Below are positions 35,778 through 45,149 of a stretch of DNA of 64,000 nt, piece by piece. Each line of letters starts with the position of its first letter. The first letter of the stretch is position 1. The stretch is from an uncultured Nitrososphaerota archaeon. GTDB taxonomy: Archaea; Thermoproteota; Nitrososphaeria; Nitrososphaerales; Gagatemarchaeaceae. The stretch covers positions 384,001-448,000 of the forward strand of contig CAVRAG010000007.1 in the NCBI GenBank assembly GCA_963718895.1. The letters run 5' to 3'. The notes beneath the pieces are model-generated. The model worked only from the letters and a program-made list of their open reading frames with translations, was not told the DNA's origin and ran no database searches. The translations under genes were made by a program, and so were the position numbers.

Positions 35778-36566
35778 TTAGCGATGGCCCCTCAAGGCTC
35801 GCACTATGGTAGTTATCGAAACGCCGTACTTCTTCGCCAGACTTGCGTAGGTCATCTTATTCGCCGTCCTGTCATTAACTATATGTCTCTTTTGCTCATC
35901 TGTCAGCAGTCTGGTCCGAGCAGCCATTCGATAGTAGCGTTGCTTCAGGCCCTCAGAGTACGTGTAGGGTATGTCGACCCTCCTTATCTTCCCCGTGCGG
36001 TTGCCCAATCTTACAGACTCGTTTAGACTCTCGATGAACTGCGTCCCCGTGATCCTATCCTCTAGGTAGTCCACAGCTCGAATCAGCTCCTTCCGTTTCT
36101 TGTACAGACAATCACTCCGAGAAAGCATGCCTTTGCATGTCGCCAAGATACTGGCGTTTGATGAAAGGTAAAGAGAGTAAGCATTCCCGACACTAAGGAA
36201 GATCTTCGCGGGCTTGATGCCCTGTGACCGCAAGAAGGTGTCAATTTGCTCCACCTGCGGCCGCCAATTGTCAGCAAACTCGAGCTTGATTCGAATCACG
36301 TCCTTCTTGGGGCTTCCGCAAATAGATCCATCTCCGTCAAAGAAAGCCGCGATTGCACACCAGTTTGTGTAGCCGCCGTTGGCCGTGGTTTCCGCTTCGG
36401 CGATGGAGTCTCCTTTGCCGGGAAAGAGGTCTTGGCGGCTAATGGGTGATCTGGACTCGGGCTGATCCACTTTGGAAATTGTGCCCGAAAGTGATCTTCC
36501 TGGTGGTCCTTCGGGGTCTTTACTTCTTGAGTTTTCGGGGCAGGCTTGACTTGCTGACTCCAACAA
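35778..36566 (-). CDS. Free-standing single-motif LAGLIDADG endonuclease-like protein with C-terminal HTH; start uncertain
   Basis: NWCAIAAFFDGDGSI motif followed by a beta/alpha LAGLIDADG-like pattern; C-terminal LTDEQK...MTYASLAKKYGVSITTIVRAL; lower GC than flanks. Confidence 0.75.
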   Translation of the reverse strand: MLESASQACPENSRSKDPEGPPGRSLSGTISKVDQPESRSPISRQDLFPGKGDSIAEAETTANGGYTNWCAIAAFFDGDGSICGSPKKDVIRIKLEFADNWRPQVEQIDTFLRSQGIKPAKIFLSVGNAYSLYLSSNASILATCKGMLSRSDCLYKKRKELIRAVDYLEDRITGTQFIESLNESVRLGNRTGKIRRVDIPYTYSEGLKQRYYRMAARTRLLTDEQKRHIVNDRTANKMTYASLAKKYGVSITTIVRALRGHR

Positions 36567-36770
36567 GCATCAAGACGACTCCTTCTAAAAAGCACCAACG
36601 TTTCGTTGAATCTTGACTTCAGTTCTTACATCGGCTAATCAATTCGGATTGGTGAGTGACTAGGCTAGAATCGGTGCGTCACATCATTCGCCGAACGGAA
36701 GACGAATTGGTGGATGCGCGTGGCTTGGGAACGTGGGGTTAAATATATGGACAAATGTACTTATGGTAGA

Positions 36771-37004
36771 ATGACCGAGACCATTAAAGTGGAGATTGAT
36801 GACGCCCTTGCGAGAAGATTCAGGAAGAAGGCAATGGAGACCTACGGCTACAAGAAGGGCGCCATGAAGAAGGCGATGGAGGCGGCGATCAGAAAATTCG
36901 TGTCGCCCGGGGAGCCGGACTGGTCGAAGCTCGACGGAGTGCTCTCCCCCAGCAGTCTGACGTCGGTTGAACTTCAACACCAAGCCTGGCGCAAGCAGGA
37001 TTGA
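36771..37004 (+). CDS. vapB: Antitoxin (RHH/CopG-like VapB)
   Basis: MTETIKVEIDDALARRFRKKAM..YGYKKGAMKKAMEAAI...TSVELQHQAW; overlaps the PIN gene start; TTAAATAT promoter upstream. Confidence 0.8.
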   Translation: MTETIKVEIDDALARRFRKKAMETYGYKKGAMKKAMEAAIRKFVSPGEPDWSKLDGVLSPSSLTSVELQHQAWRKQD

Positions 37005-37420
37005 TCCTTCTTGACACAAACGTCTTCCTCGAGTTCATGCTCGGCCAGAGACGCGGACCCGAGTGCAAGGCACTGCTGAATTCCATCTCGAGGGGTGACG
37101 AGGAGGCCATCGTCACACACTTCACCATACATGCGGTGGAGGCGATCCTTGGAGGAGGGGACAATCTGACCGACTTCCTGCGAAACATCGAGACGTCCGC
37201 TGGCCTTCATGTCTACGACACGACCACGACAGAAGAGGTGGCAGTCGGACTGCTGGCTGCAGACAAGCGGATGGACTTCGACGATTCGCTTCAGTACTAC
37301 GTGGCGAAGAAGCTCGGGGCGCGGGCGATTGTCAGCTTCGACCAACACTTTGACGCTTTAGACATCCCAAGACTCGAGCCATCAAGAGCAATCACCGGAG
37401 AAGGGAAGGCTGAGTCTTAG
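37001..37420 (+). CDS. vapC: VapC PIN-domain toxin
   Basis: MILLDTNVFLE...MDFDDSLQY...IVSFDQHFD. Confidence 0.92.
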   Translation: MILLDTNVFLEFMLGQRRGPECKALLNSISRGDEEAIVTHFTIHAVEAILGGGDNLTDFLRNIETSAGLHVYDTTTTEEVAVGLLAADKRMDFDDSLQYYVAKKLGARAIVSFDQHFDALDIPRLEPSRAITGEGKAES

Positions 37421-39210
37421 AACCCGTACATCATGTCCTTGGCCGATCGGATCGAGACTATCTCATCGAGGACCGCCTCGGCGTCGGGCGTGAGCGACGA
37501 AGAGAGCTTCCCCCTGAGCAGCTTCACGTCCTGGGAGGTCGGGAAGGTGAAGATGTCGTCGTTCTCCTTGATCTGGCGGCCGAGTGTCGGCCCCCTGACG
37601 GAGATGGCGACCTGCATGCCCTTTGTCGCCTCCTGGACCGGTTTCCCGTTCTCCTGGATCTGCTCGACCATCCCCAGCTCTACCCCGCTCGCGTCCATGA
37701 GCCTGACCTTGGGCTTCAGCTTGCCCCCCATTACCTCCACCCCGAAGACGGCGGGGTCGTTCCTCCTGAAGAAAGAGCCCGGGAGAGCCTTGATCCTCGC
37801 GGGACCGGTGACCATCTGGAGGGCGTTCCTCTGGTCGTCCTCGCGCTTCTTCGCGGCCCACTGCACATAGCCCTCGACGGCGTCGTAGATCACGTCCGAG
37901 GTGATTATCTCGGCCGCCTTGGCGTTCTCCTTGGCGTCCTGCAGGACCTTGACGTCGAACCCGATGATCGCGCCCAGGTACGGGTCGTGCTCGGCGACCG
38001 CCTCCGCCTCGACGATGTCGTTCCTGGAGATGTCGCCGATGTCAGCCGACCTCACCGGTATCTCCCTCTGTGAGAGCATCCTCAGTAGAGCCTCGAGCCC
38101 GCCGATGTTCCCGGCCTTCACCACCACGCCGTCGACGTCCGTCTTGGTGACCAGGGTCGTCAGGTCCTTCTCCGCCTCGGTCTTTATCGCCTCGAACTCC
38201 TCCTGGGTCCTGAACGAGATGACGGACGTCCCCGGGATGACGCCCGCGAGGTCAGGCGAGACTAGCTTGACGCCCGCGGCCGAGTATACCACCTGTACCG
38301 GGGTGAACTTGTCGCGCGGGTCTCGCATCTCGTCGAGCGGCTTCGGCATGAAGAGCGCCTTGACCCTCGACTCCATGGCGCCTTCCTTCTTCACCAGGAC
38401 GAGCCGGTCGCCCACGGAGAGCTTCCCCTCGGTGAGGATGATGTTCGCCGTCTCGCCGATCCCGACCTCCTCCTGGAGCTCGAGGATGATCCCCCTCGCC
38501 CTCCCGTTCTCGTCGATGGTGACCAGCTTCTCGCTCAGGAACTGCTGGGCCAGGCCGATCAGCACGGCCATGATTTCCGGCATCCCGACCTTGTACCTGG
38601 CCGAGATCGGGACGATCGAGACCTGCTTGCGGAAGTCCTTCACGCGGTAGAAGGCGTCGGAGTTGAAGCCCTGCCTGGACAGCCCGCCGACGACGTTGTA
38701 GAGCCTCTCCTCGAGCTCGTCGTTCCACTCCGGCGGCTGCTGCTTGAGCGCACTGGCGAGGGACCCTGTGGTGCCCTTCTTCCACCCCCGGATCATGTCT
38801 ATCTTGTTGAGCGCGACGAGGAACGGGACCTTCCGCGCCTTCAGAATCTCGATGGACTCGATGGTCTGGTTCTCGAGGCCCTTGTTCACGTCGACGAGCA
38901 GGATGGCTATGTCAGCCGCCGAGCCGCCCCTCATCCTGAGGTTGGAGAATATCTCATGACCGGGGGTGTCTATGACCAGGAGCCCCGGTATCTTAAGCTG
39001 CGCTCCTGACTTGTCCAGCAGTGCGCCGCATATCGCGATGAGGGTCTCCATGGGGAAGAAGCTCGCGCCTATCTCCTGGGTGATTCCTCCAGCCTCGCGC
39101 GCCTGGACGGCGGTGCCCCTTATCCGGTCAAGGAAACTAGTTTTTCCAGAGTCTACATGACCCAGTACGACGACGACAGGCTGCCTTAGAGTCTGTGTGG
39201 GGAGGGTCAT
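37417..39210 (-). CDS. infB: Translation initiation factor aIF5B (IF-2)
   Basis: LRQPVVVVLGHVDSGKT, EAGGITQ, IDTPGHE, NKID; 597 aa, no intein. Confidence 0.97.
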   Translation of the reverse strand: MTLPTQTLRQPVVVVLGHVDSGKTSFLDRIRGTAVQAREAGGITQEIGASFFPMETLIAICGALLDKSGAQLKIPGLLVIDTPGHEIFSNLRMRGGSAADIAILLVDVNKGLENQTIESIEILKARKVPFLVALNKIDMIRGWKKGTTGSLASALKQQPPEWNDELEERLYNVVGGLSRQGFNSDAFYRVKDFRKQVSIVPISARYKVGMPEIMAVLIGLAQQFLSEKLVTIDENGRARGIILELQEEVGIGETANIILTEGKLSVGDRLVLVKKEGAMESRVKALFMPKPLDEMRDPRDKFTPVQVVYSAAGVKLVSPDLAGVIPGTSVISFRTQEEFEAIKTEAEKDLTTLVTKTDVDGVVVKAGNIGGLEALLRMLSQREIPVRSADIGDISRNDIVEAEAVAEHDPYLGAIIGFDVKVLQDAKENAKAAEIITSDVIYDAVEGYVQWAAKKREDDQRNALQMVTGPARIKALPGSFFRRNDPAVFGVEVMGGKLKPKVRLMDASGVELGMVEQIQENGKPVQEATKGMQVAISVRGPTLGRQIKENDDIFTFPTSQDVKLLRGKLSSSLTPDAEAVLDEIVSIRSAKDMMYGF

Positions 39211-39277
39211 AAAGTAGCAACTTGGCTGGCGGCAGCCGCACTACCTAATATAACTTGCCGTGCGCTTTCCAATTCTT

Positions 39278-39694
39278 CTAGGAGAAATACGTCTTGGACT
39301 CCCAGTCGAAGGACTCCTTCGAGTCCGAGGCGTGGATCGCGTTGTCCAGGAGCCCCGTCGCATAGTCGCCCCTTATCGTCCCGGGCGCCGCCTCCCAGCT
39401 CTTGGTCGAGCCGATGACCCTCCGCACGAGTGCTATTGCGTCCCTTCCCTCCAGGACCACCCCGACGCTGGGGCCGCTGCTGATGAACGAGACGAGGTCC
39501 CCGAAGAACGGCTTGTCCTTGTGGACGATGTAGAACTGGGTCGCCTTCACCCTGCTGACCGTCTGCATCTTGACCTCCACGGGCCTCAGGCCGCGCCTCT
39601 CGAACCTGCCGATTATCTCCCCCACGAGGCCGCGGGCGACAGCGTCGGGCTTGACTACAATCAGGGTCCGCTCCACGACGGGGACGGACGACAT
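39278..39694 (-). CDS. ndk: Nucleoside diphosphate kinase
   Basis: ERTLIVVKPDAV, PGTIRGDY, NAIHASDS. Confidence 0.97.
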   Translation of the reverse strand: MSSVPVVERTLIVVKPDAVARGLVGEIIGRFERRGLRPVEVKMQTVSRVKATQFYIVHKDKPFFGDLVSFISSGPSVGVVLEGRDAIALVRRVIGSTKSWEAAPGTIRGDYATGLLDNAIHASDSKESFDWESKTYFS

Positions 39695-39695
39695 C

Positions 39696-39872
39696 CTACT
39701 TGTTCTCCCTAGCCCACTTGAACTTGCGCGGGTCGCGCTTCAGCTTGCGGTCGTTGAGCTTGCACTTGTTGGAGCAGTAGCTCTTGGAGGAGCCGTCGTT
39801 GAGCACGAGCATTATGCCTGAGCCGAGATGGACGTCCTTGCCGCAGAAAAAGCATTTCTTAGGTGTATACAA
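39696..39872 (-). CDS. rpl24e: 50S ribosomal protein L24e (58 aa, below the ORF-track cutoff)
   Basis: Manual translation: MYTPKKCFFCGKDVHLGSGIMLVLNDGSSKSYCSNKCKLNDRKLKRDPRKFKWARENK*. Confidence 0.95.
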   Translation of the reverse strand: MYTPKKCFFCGKDVHLGSGIMLVLNDGSSKSYCSNKCKLNDRKLKRDPRKFKWARENK

Positions 39873-40171
39873 CTCAAGTTATCGCCTGGGAGGTGTTCTT
39901 TCCGCCCTTGTGACTTGGGCATATAAACGAAGCGCCACGAAAACCGCGCGGACAGACGCCCGGTGGAGCCGACCGAGGGTCTACCCGGTCACCGTGATGG
40001 TCGCGGTCATCGCTCCAAGGAGTTCGGCTGTCGCCCCCATTGCTGTCTGAAGCGTGACGTGGCTGAGCCCTATACCATCAACGGATGAGTCCTCTATAGC
40101 ACTCTTCCTCGGGGCGGAACATCAGGAGGAGCAAAAAGGGGAGAGATGCACGGGCAGCTTGCGGAGCGAGC

Positions 40172-40675
40172 CTAGCTCGTCACCGTGATCGTGCCCTGCA
40201 TCCACGTGTGGAAGTCGCACTTGAACGAGTAGGTACCCGGGGTGCTGAGGGTCACCGTATAGGTCTGGCCCTGCTTCAGGTCGGGGGATACCGGCGGGAG
40301 CGACGCTCCTGTCGGTCCGCTCGTGAAGTCCACGTTGTGGGTCGCGACGTTGTCGTTGTCCACGAACGTTATCGTGGTCCCGGCCGCCACCGTCAGGGTG
40401 GACGGCGAGAAGTTGGACCCGCTACCCGCTCCCTGTGGGATGGCGATCGTGGCCCCGGTCGAGCTCTGCGACGTCGAGCTGCCCGTGCCCGTGGAGTTGG
40501 CGGAAGTCGTCATGGTGTTGGAGACGGAGGTGGTGCTGGACTGTGTGTTCGTGTTCGACGAGGACGGCATCGTCGAGAGGTAGTAGGCTCCCCCGGCGAT
40601 GAGGATGACCGCTATGATGATGACTGCTCCGGCCGTGGTCGAGATTGCGCTATGGCCTCTTGTCTTCATTTCCAT
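40172..40675 (-). CDS. Membrane-anchored blue copper (plastocyanin/halocyanin-like) protein
   Basis: TM, S/T linker, FSPSTLTVAAGTTITF, HNV and CDFHTWM (His/Cys/His/Met type-1 copper ligands). Confidence 0.92.
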   Translation of the reverse strand: MEMKTRGHSAISTTAGAVIIIAVILIAGGAYYLSTMPSSSNTNTQSSTTSVSNTMTTSANSTGTGSSTSQSSTGATIAIPQGAGSGSNFSPSTLTVAAGTTITFVDNDNVATHNVDFTSGPTGASLPPVSPDLKQGQTYTVTLSTPGTYSFKCDFHTWMQGTITVTS

Positions 40676-40817
40676 CTGTCTTCAGCTTGAATAGAGGGGC
40701 GTCCGTATACACAAAGAATCCATCAATCTACGATGGGGACCAGATGTAGGGATGCTTCACAGCGCTTTTATGCGACGTAGGGTGGTTTCATGAGAATGTC
40801 CTAGGAGAATCTTCTAA

Positions 40818-41198
40818 ATGACAGCGACCCGATCCCCCGAGAAGACGCGCCGTAGGCGCCGCATCTTCGCGTGCTTCATGGGAGGGTTCCTCATCGCGCC
40901 GTTCATGCCCGTGGAGTTCACCTCGATCCTGACGGCGACGGTCTGGAACTTCTCCGGCCGCTTCTACGCCCTGGTCTTCCTGGTCCTGGGGACCTTCCTC
41001 CGCGCCGACTCTATCACGATCTTCTCGGGCATCGAGAACATCATCGTCCTCTCGTTCCCGGGGTTCCTGGCCGTGGGCCCGGCCTATCTCGCGATCGGGG
41101 TGATGTTCTTCGGGAACCTCGCGGTGGCGTTCATCTTCAAGACGACGATCCGGCGGGCCGTCTTCCACTACATCCCGGCCGGGCTGTTCGCTGCGTAG
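40818..41198 (+). CDS. Small membrane protein of unknown function
   Basis: 126 aa, 3-4 hydrophobic segments, host-like GC3-rich codons. Confidence 0.65.
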   Translation: MTATRSPEKTRRRRRIFACFMGGFLIAPFMPVEFTSILTATVWNFSGRFYALVFLVLGTFLRADSITIFSGIENIIVLSFPGFLAVGPAYLAIGVMFFGNLAVAFIFKTTIRRAVFHYIPAGLFAA

Positions 41199-41406
41199 GA
41201 CGTTGCAAGGCACATTCCCCGGACAGGGCTCCAGAAGGAGCAGCAAAGCGATCGCTGTATCTGAGGCATCGGCACAGTACCCTGTGGACGCCGGCGGGTG
41301 AACTGGCCGTCCTGATTGATAAGGAGCCAGGCGGGTCAGGAGCGATCCGCAGTAAACAAGACAATCATCATGGTGGGGATTATATGACTCACGAAGATGA
41401 AAGGGG

Positions 41407-42654
41407 ATGGAGGGACCCGTCGACGAATCCTGGAAGGATAGCCTTCGTTCGTATGTCCTCGAACACGGCGACGACATAAGCTTCACGAAGTACTTCTGGA
41501 AGGGGTGTGAACCGCTACCGCAGGACATCCGGCAATATGAGAGGTTCGTCAAAGCAAACTGCTTACTTCGTGATGGTGTCAAACCGCCCAAGGTGGCAGA
41601 GGTCATTGGAATCAATCACAACTCGATATATAGTTGGAAGAGACTGCGGCAGATGCCAAAACTCGGGCACTTTCTGAAAGCGTTTCTAAGTCTCGGTCCA
41701 CCAGATGAAGGATATGTATGGTTAACACTCGAACAGTCGCACGGCCACGCGACGCCTCTGGGAGAGTTCGTTCAGGTTCGGACTTCTGTCGAATCATGGA
41801 CCGATGTGGACCGCACCATCTCGAAGATCACGTCCATCAACGAAGAAACTGCTAGATTCAGCAATCCCTATGTGTTCGGTTTTCTCGTCGGTGTCATTCT
41901 CGGCGATGCTCACAAGCCAAAACAAGGTCACGGCCACCGACACATCGACCTGGTTCTAAGCAAGAAATATGAAACAAACCTTAGAATCGGGGACTTCACC
42001 TGTTATTGCGCCAATCGGCTCGGACTCAGGATGGATAGGTCGCCCGACAGGCCAAAGCCCGAGGACAAACCTCACGGTTTCTTCGAATGGGTTTCCCAAT
42101 CCTCAGCCTTGATTGATTGGATATTCAATGCGATTCTCGGTCTCGAAGATGGTCAGACCACTACGTACGATCAGATTCATCTCGACTGGGCCCTAAGCGC
42201 CCCCCTTGATTTCCGAACAGGGTTGATTCAGGGGATTGCAGAGTCGGACGGGTCAGTCAGCATAGCCAGTCAAGTGGTGGAGTTTTGGGTGATTCCGGAT
42301 TGGGATTTCATGATTAAGTTATTAGCTACTTTCGGCCTAAAGGGATTCCGCAACAGAGAAGCCGTATCCTTGGTGAAGAGTCAGGCAATCGCTTCCTTCA
42401 AGGTGCCTGTATTTGCTGAACATCTTCAAACCGTTAGGTATCAGCGATTGAAGTTGATGGCTACAGCAAGAACTCTGTCGAGACTTGAGAGGTTACCTTT
42501 GGATGTACGACTGCAAGTGGGCAGACTAGCATCACAAGGACTGTCCGTACCCAAGATAGTGGAGGAGGTCGCGAGGACATATGATCTGCTGATTTCGTTT
42601 GAAGCGGCTCAACGATGGGTTAGGAACAGTCGAAGGGAATCAAACCACACATAA
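41407..42654 (+). CDS. Free-standing double-motif LAGLIDADG endonuclease-like protein with N- and C-terminal HTH
   Basis: Motifs FGFLVGVILGDAH and GLIQGIAESDGSV; HTH-like PKVAEVIGINHNSIYSWK and GLSVPKIVEEVARTYDLLISFEAAQRWV; intact 415 aa; lower GC. Confidence 0.78.
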   Translation: MEGPVDESWKDSLRSYVLEHGDDISFTKYFWKGCEPLPQDIRQYERFVKANCLLRDGVKPPKVAEVIGINHNSIYSWKRLRQMPKLGHFLKAFLSLGPPDEGYVWLTLEQSHGHATPLGEFVQVRTSVESWTDVDRTISKITSINEETARFSNPYVFGFLVGVILGDAHKPKQGHGHRHIDLVLSKKYETNLRIGDFTCYCANRLGLRMDRSPDRPKPEDKPHGFFEWVSQSSALIDWIFNAILGLEDGQTTTYDQIHLDWALSAPLDFRTGLIQGIAESDGSVSIASQVVEFWVIPDWDFMIKLLATFGLKGFRNREAVSLVKSQAIASFKVPVFAEHLQTVRYQRLKLMATARTLSRLERLPLDVRLQVGRLASQGLSVPKIVEEVARTYDLLISFEAAQRWVRNSRRESNHT

Positions 42655-42720
42655 GGGCAGACCACGACTAAATATGACAAACAAGAATGAATCTGAGGGC
42701 AGAAATATTCTCTACAGGAA

Positions 42721-42936
42721 TCATTTGATTTTTCGAGCTTCTCTTTCTGTATCTCGCAACAATAGTATGTCGCTGAGCCTTATGGGCCCCTTCACGTTCC
42801 TCGTGAGGATCCTCCCCTTCTCCTTGCCCTCGAGTATCTTGACCCTGACCTGGGTTATCTCGCCCGCGACGCCGGTGCGCCCGACTATCTGGACGACCTC
42901 GGCCGGCGTGATAGACTCTGCGGCCTGCTTGCTCAT
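42721..42936 (-). CDS. rps28e: 30S ribosomal protein S28e
   Basis: [57 protein letters not shown]. Confidence 0.97.
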   Translation of the reverse strand: MSKQAAESITPAEVVQIVGRTGVAGEITQVRVKILEGKEKGRILTRNVKGPIRLSDILLLRDTEREARKIK

Positions 42937-43313
42937 GCCTTGCCTCTCACCCTCGCCAGCTCCTGGGTGACCTGGTCGAGGATCTGCTGTCCCTCGCCGG
43001 CCTCAATGACGGCCGCGGCGGCGGTGGAGACGTCTATGCCAATCGCAGGGCCTATCTGGTCCTTGGATGGTACGAAGACGTAGGGTATCTTCCTCTCGTC
43101 GCAGAGGAGGGGCAGGTGCGCGACGACCTCCGGGGGCTGGACGTCCTCGGCGATGACGACGAGCTTGGCCATGCCCCGCTCGATCGATTTTGTGGTCTCG
43201 TTGGTCCCCTTCCTGACCTTGCCGGACCTCGAAGCCTGCCTCAGGACCTCGTAGGCCGCCTCGGATACCTCCTTAGGGGTCTCGAACTTTACGAAATAGG
43301 GTTTCGGGGTCAT
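42933..43313 (-). CDS. rpl7ae: 50S ribosomal protein L7Ae
   Basis: [39 protein letters not shown]. Confidence 0.97.
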   Translation of the reverse strand: MTPKPYFVKFETPKEVSEAAYEVLRQASRSGKVRKGTNETTKSIERGMAKLVVIAEDVQPPEVVAHLPLLCDERKIPYVFVPSKDQIGPAIGIDVSTAAAAVIEAGEGQQILDQVTQELARVRGKA

Positions 43314-43422
43314 CTTGCAATATATCGCCCACAGCCGCATTTTTGGGGAGGCATATAAGCTTGGTCGGTCTCAGAATGTCTCCGGAAGGCATCCTTGGTG
43401 TGGAGAGTCGGGTGAGTATCTT

Positions 43423-45143
43423 CTATCCGTGGGCCAGTACGCACCTTGAGGGCGCGTCGACCCTGACGAAGCCGTAGCGCGGGAACTGGACGATGTCGCC
43501 CTCCTTTAGGCGGTCGAAGGCGCTCTCGGCGACGCCGAGCCTGGTTTTCAGGCTGTCCTTGTTGAAGGTCCCGTCCTCGAGGAAGAGCTCGGAGGGCTCG
43601 AGCACCTCGACGCCGTGGGAGTCGTCCTGGACGACCCACTGCAGCTTCCTGCTGTCCTGGACCATCTCCTCGCCCTCGTAACGGCCCAGGGCCTCCCCTC
43701 CGGGCGCCTTTGAGAGCAGACGGACGTTGTAGAGCTCCATCAGGCGGAAGACCTGCCCCTCGGCCATCTTGCCGACGTCGCCCGAGGGGACGAAGAAGAG
43801 CCCCGCCGTGGTCACGGTGCGCTCGCCGAGCTTCTCGAGCGGATGGAAGGGGATCGTCACCCGCTTCTCGCGGCGCCCCCTCGACCCTCAGCTTCACCGG
43901 GTCTGGGACGAAGTAGACGCGCCTCGTCACCGGGTCGAGCATCTTCCTGTTGACAGCGAAGAGCAGGGACCAGTCGAAGGTGTGCTCGGACTTGGTGTAG
44001 CCGACCTCGGTGGTGAACTGACGTATGGCGCCCGGGAGGATGCCCCGCCGCACGACGCCCTCGATCGTCGGCATCCTCGGGTCGTCCCAGCCCGTGACCA
44101 GCTTTTCCTCGACGAGGGGCCTGAGGAGCCTCTTCTGCACGGGGGTCCCCTTGAAGTTGAAGCGGGAGAACTGGGTGACCCTTATCGGAGGGAACCCGAG
44201 GAGGGACCTGACGAGCTCCTGCAGCCCCACGTGGAACTCCGATGACCTCAGGACGTGGGTCACGGTGCATATCTGGTCCTCGACGACGACCTCGAAGTCG
44301 TAGGTCGGCCAGACGATGTACTTCTCCCCGGTGAGGGGGTGGGGGTAGTCGATTATCCTTGCGATGTTCGGGTCCCTGAGCGAGTAGTCGAGGTTGGCGA
44401 GGTCGCCCTTGAGCCGTATCACGTAGGTCCCCTCCCTGTGCTTCCTTGCGAGCATCTCGGACCAGACGGCGACGTTCTTCTCGACGGTCTGCGCCCTGTG
44501 CTCGCAGGCGGTCCCCTCGAACCTGAGCTTCTTCATCCGCTCGGGCGGGCAGGCGCAGGCGTAGGCCGATCCCGGCCTCGATCAGGTCCTGGATGTGCTC
44601 GTAGAGGAGGTCGATGTCGCTCGAGACGTTCTTCTCGTAGTCCCACTCTATCCCGAGCCAGGTGTACCCCTTCCTGAAGGACTCGTAGTAGCGCTTCTGG
44701 ACCTTCCGGGGGTTGGTGTCCTCGAACCTCAGCCAGAGCTTCCCGTCGTACATCTGCTTGTAGACGTCGTTGATCGTCCCGGCCATGGCGTGGCCTATGT
44801 GCATGAAGCCCGAGGGCTCCGGGGGGAGCCTCACGACGAAGGCGCCCTTGACCGCGCCCTCGAGCGGCGCGAGCCCGACCCTCTGCTCCTGCCTGTGCTC
44901 CTGCACGGCCTCGGGATACTTCTCCTTCAGGGCCAGCTCCTGCTGCTGGACGGTGAGCGCGTTGACCGCCTTCACGACCTCGGCCGAGACCCGGGCGACC
45001 TCCCTGGCGAGCGCCCGGAGGGCCGGCGCATCCCCCAGGACCTTGCTGACGACCGCACCGACCTCGGCCCTCCCTCCGTGCCTGACCGCGTTCTGGAGGG
45101 CGTACTTCTCCATGGATGACCTGTCCTGCTCGCTTATGCTCAA
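43423..45143 (-). CDS. gltX: Glutamate--tRNA ligase (two frameshifts, near 44570 and 43870)
   Basis: ALQNAVRHGG, PPEPSGFMHIGH, LRFEDTNP, VTHVLRSSEF, GWDDPRMPTI, VQFPRYGFVRVD. Confidence 0.95.
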
Positions 45144-45149
45144 GGCTCT

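Noticed and set aside
41215-41250. SRP RNA helix-8-like CAGGGCTCCAGAAGGAGCAGC
   Set aside because: Only a loose match; no Alu domain or long helix 5, and the spacer is too short for an archaeal 7S RNA.
35778-42654. LAGLIDADG ORFs as inteins or intron-encoded proteins
   Set aside because: There is no Cys/Ser start or His-Asn end splicing motif, the flanking host genes are uninterrupted, and no rRNA/tRNA exons are present.
43423-45143. Split or pseudogenised gltX, or programmed frameshifting
   Set aside because: The gene is essential, all motifs are intact, no slippery sites are evident, and similar indels occur throughout the window; sequencing error is more likely.
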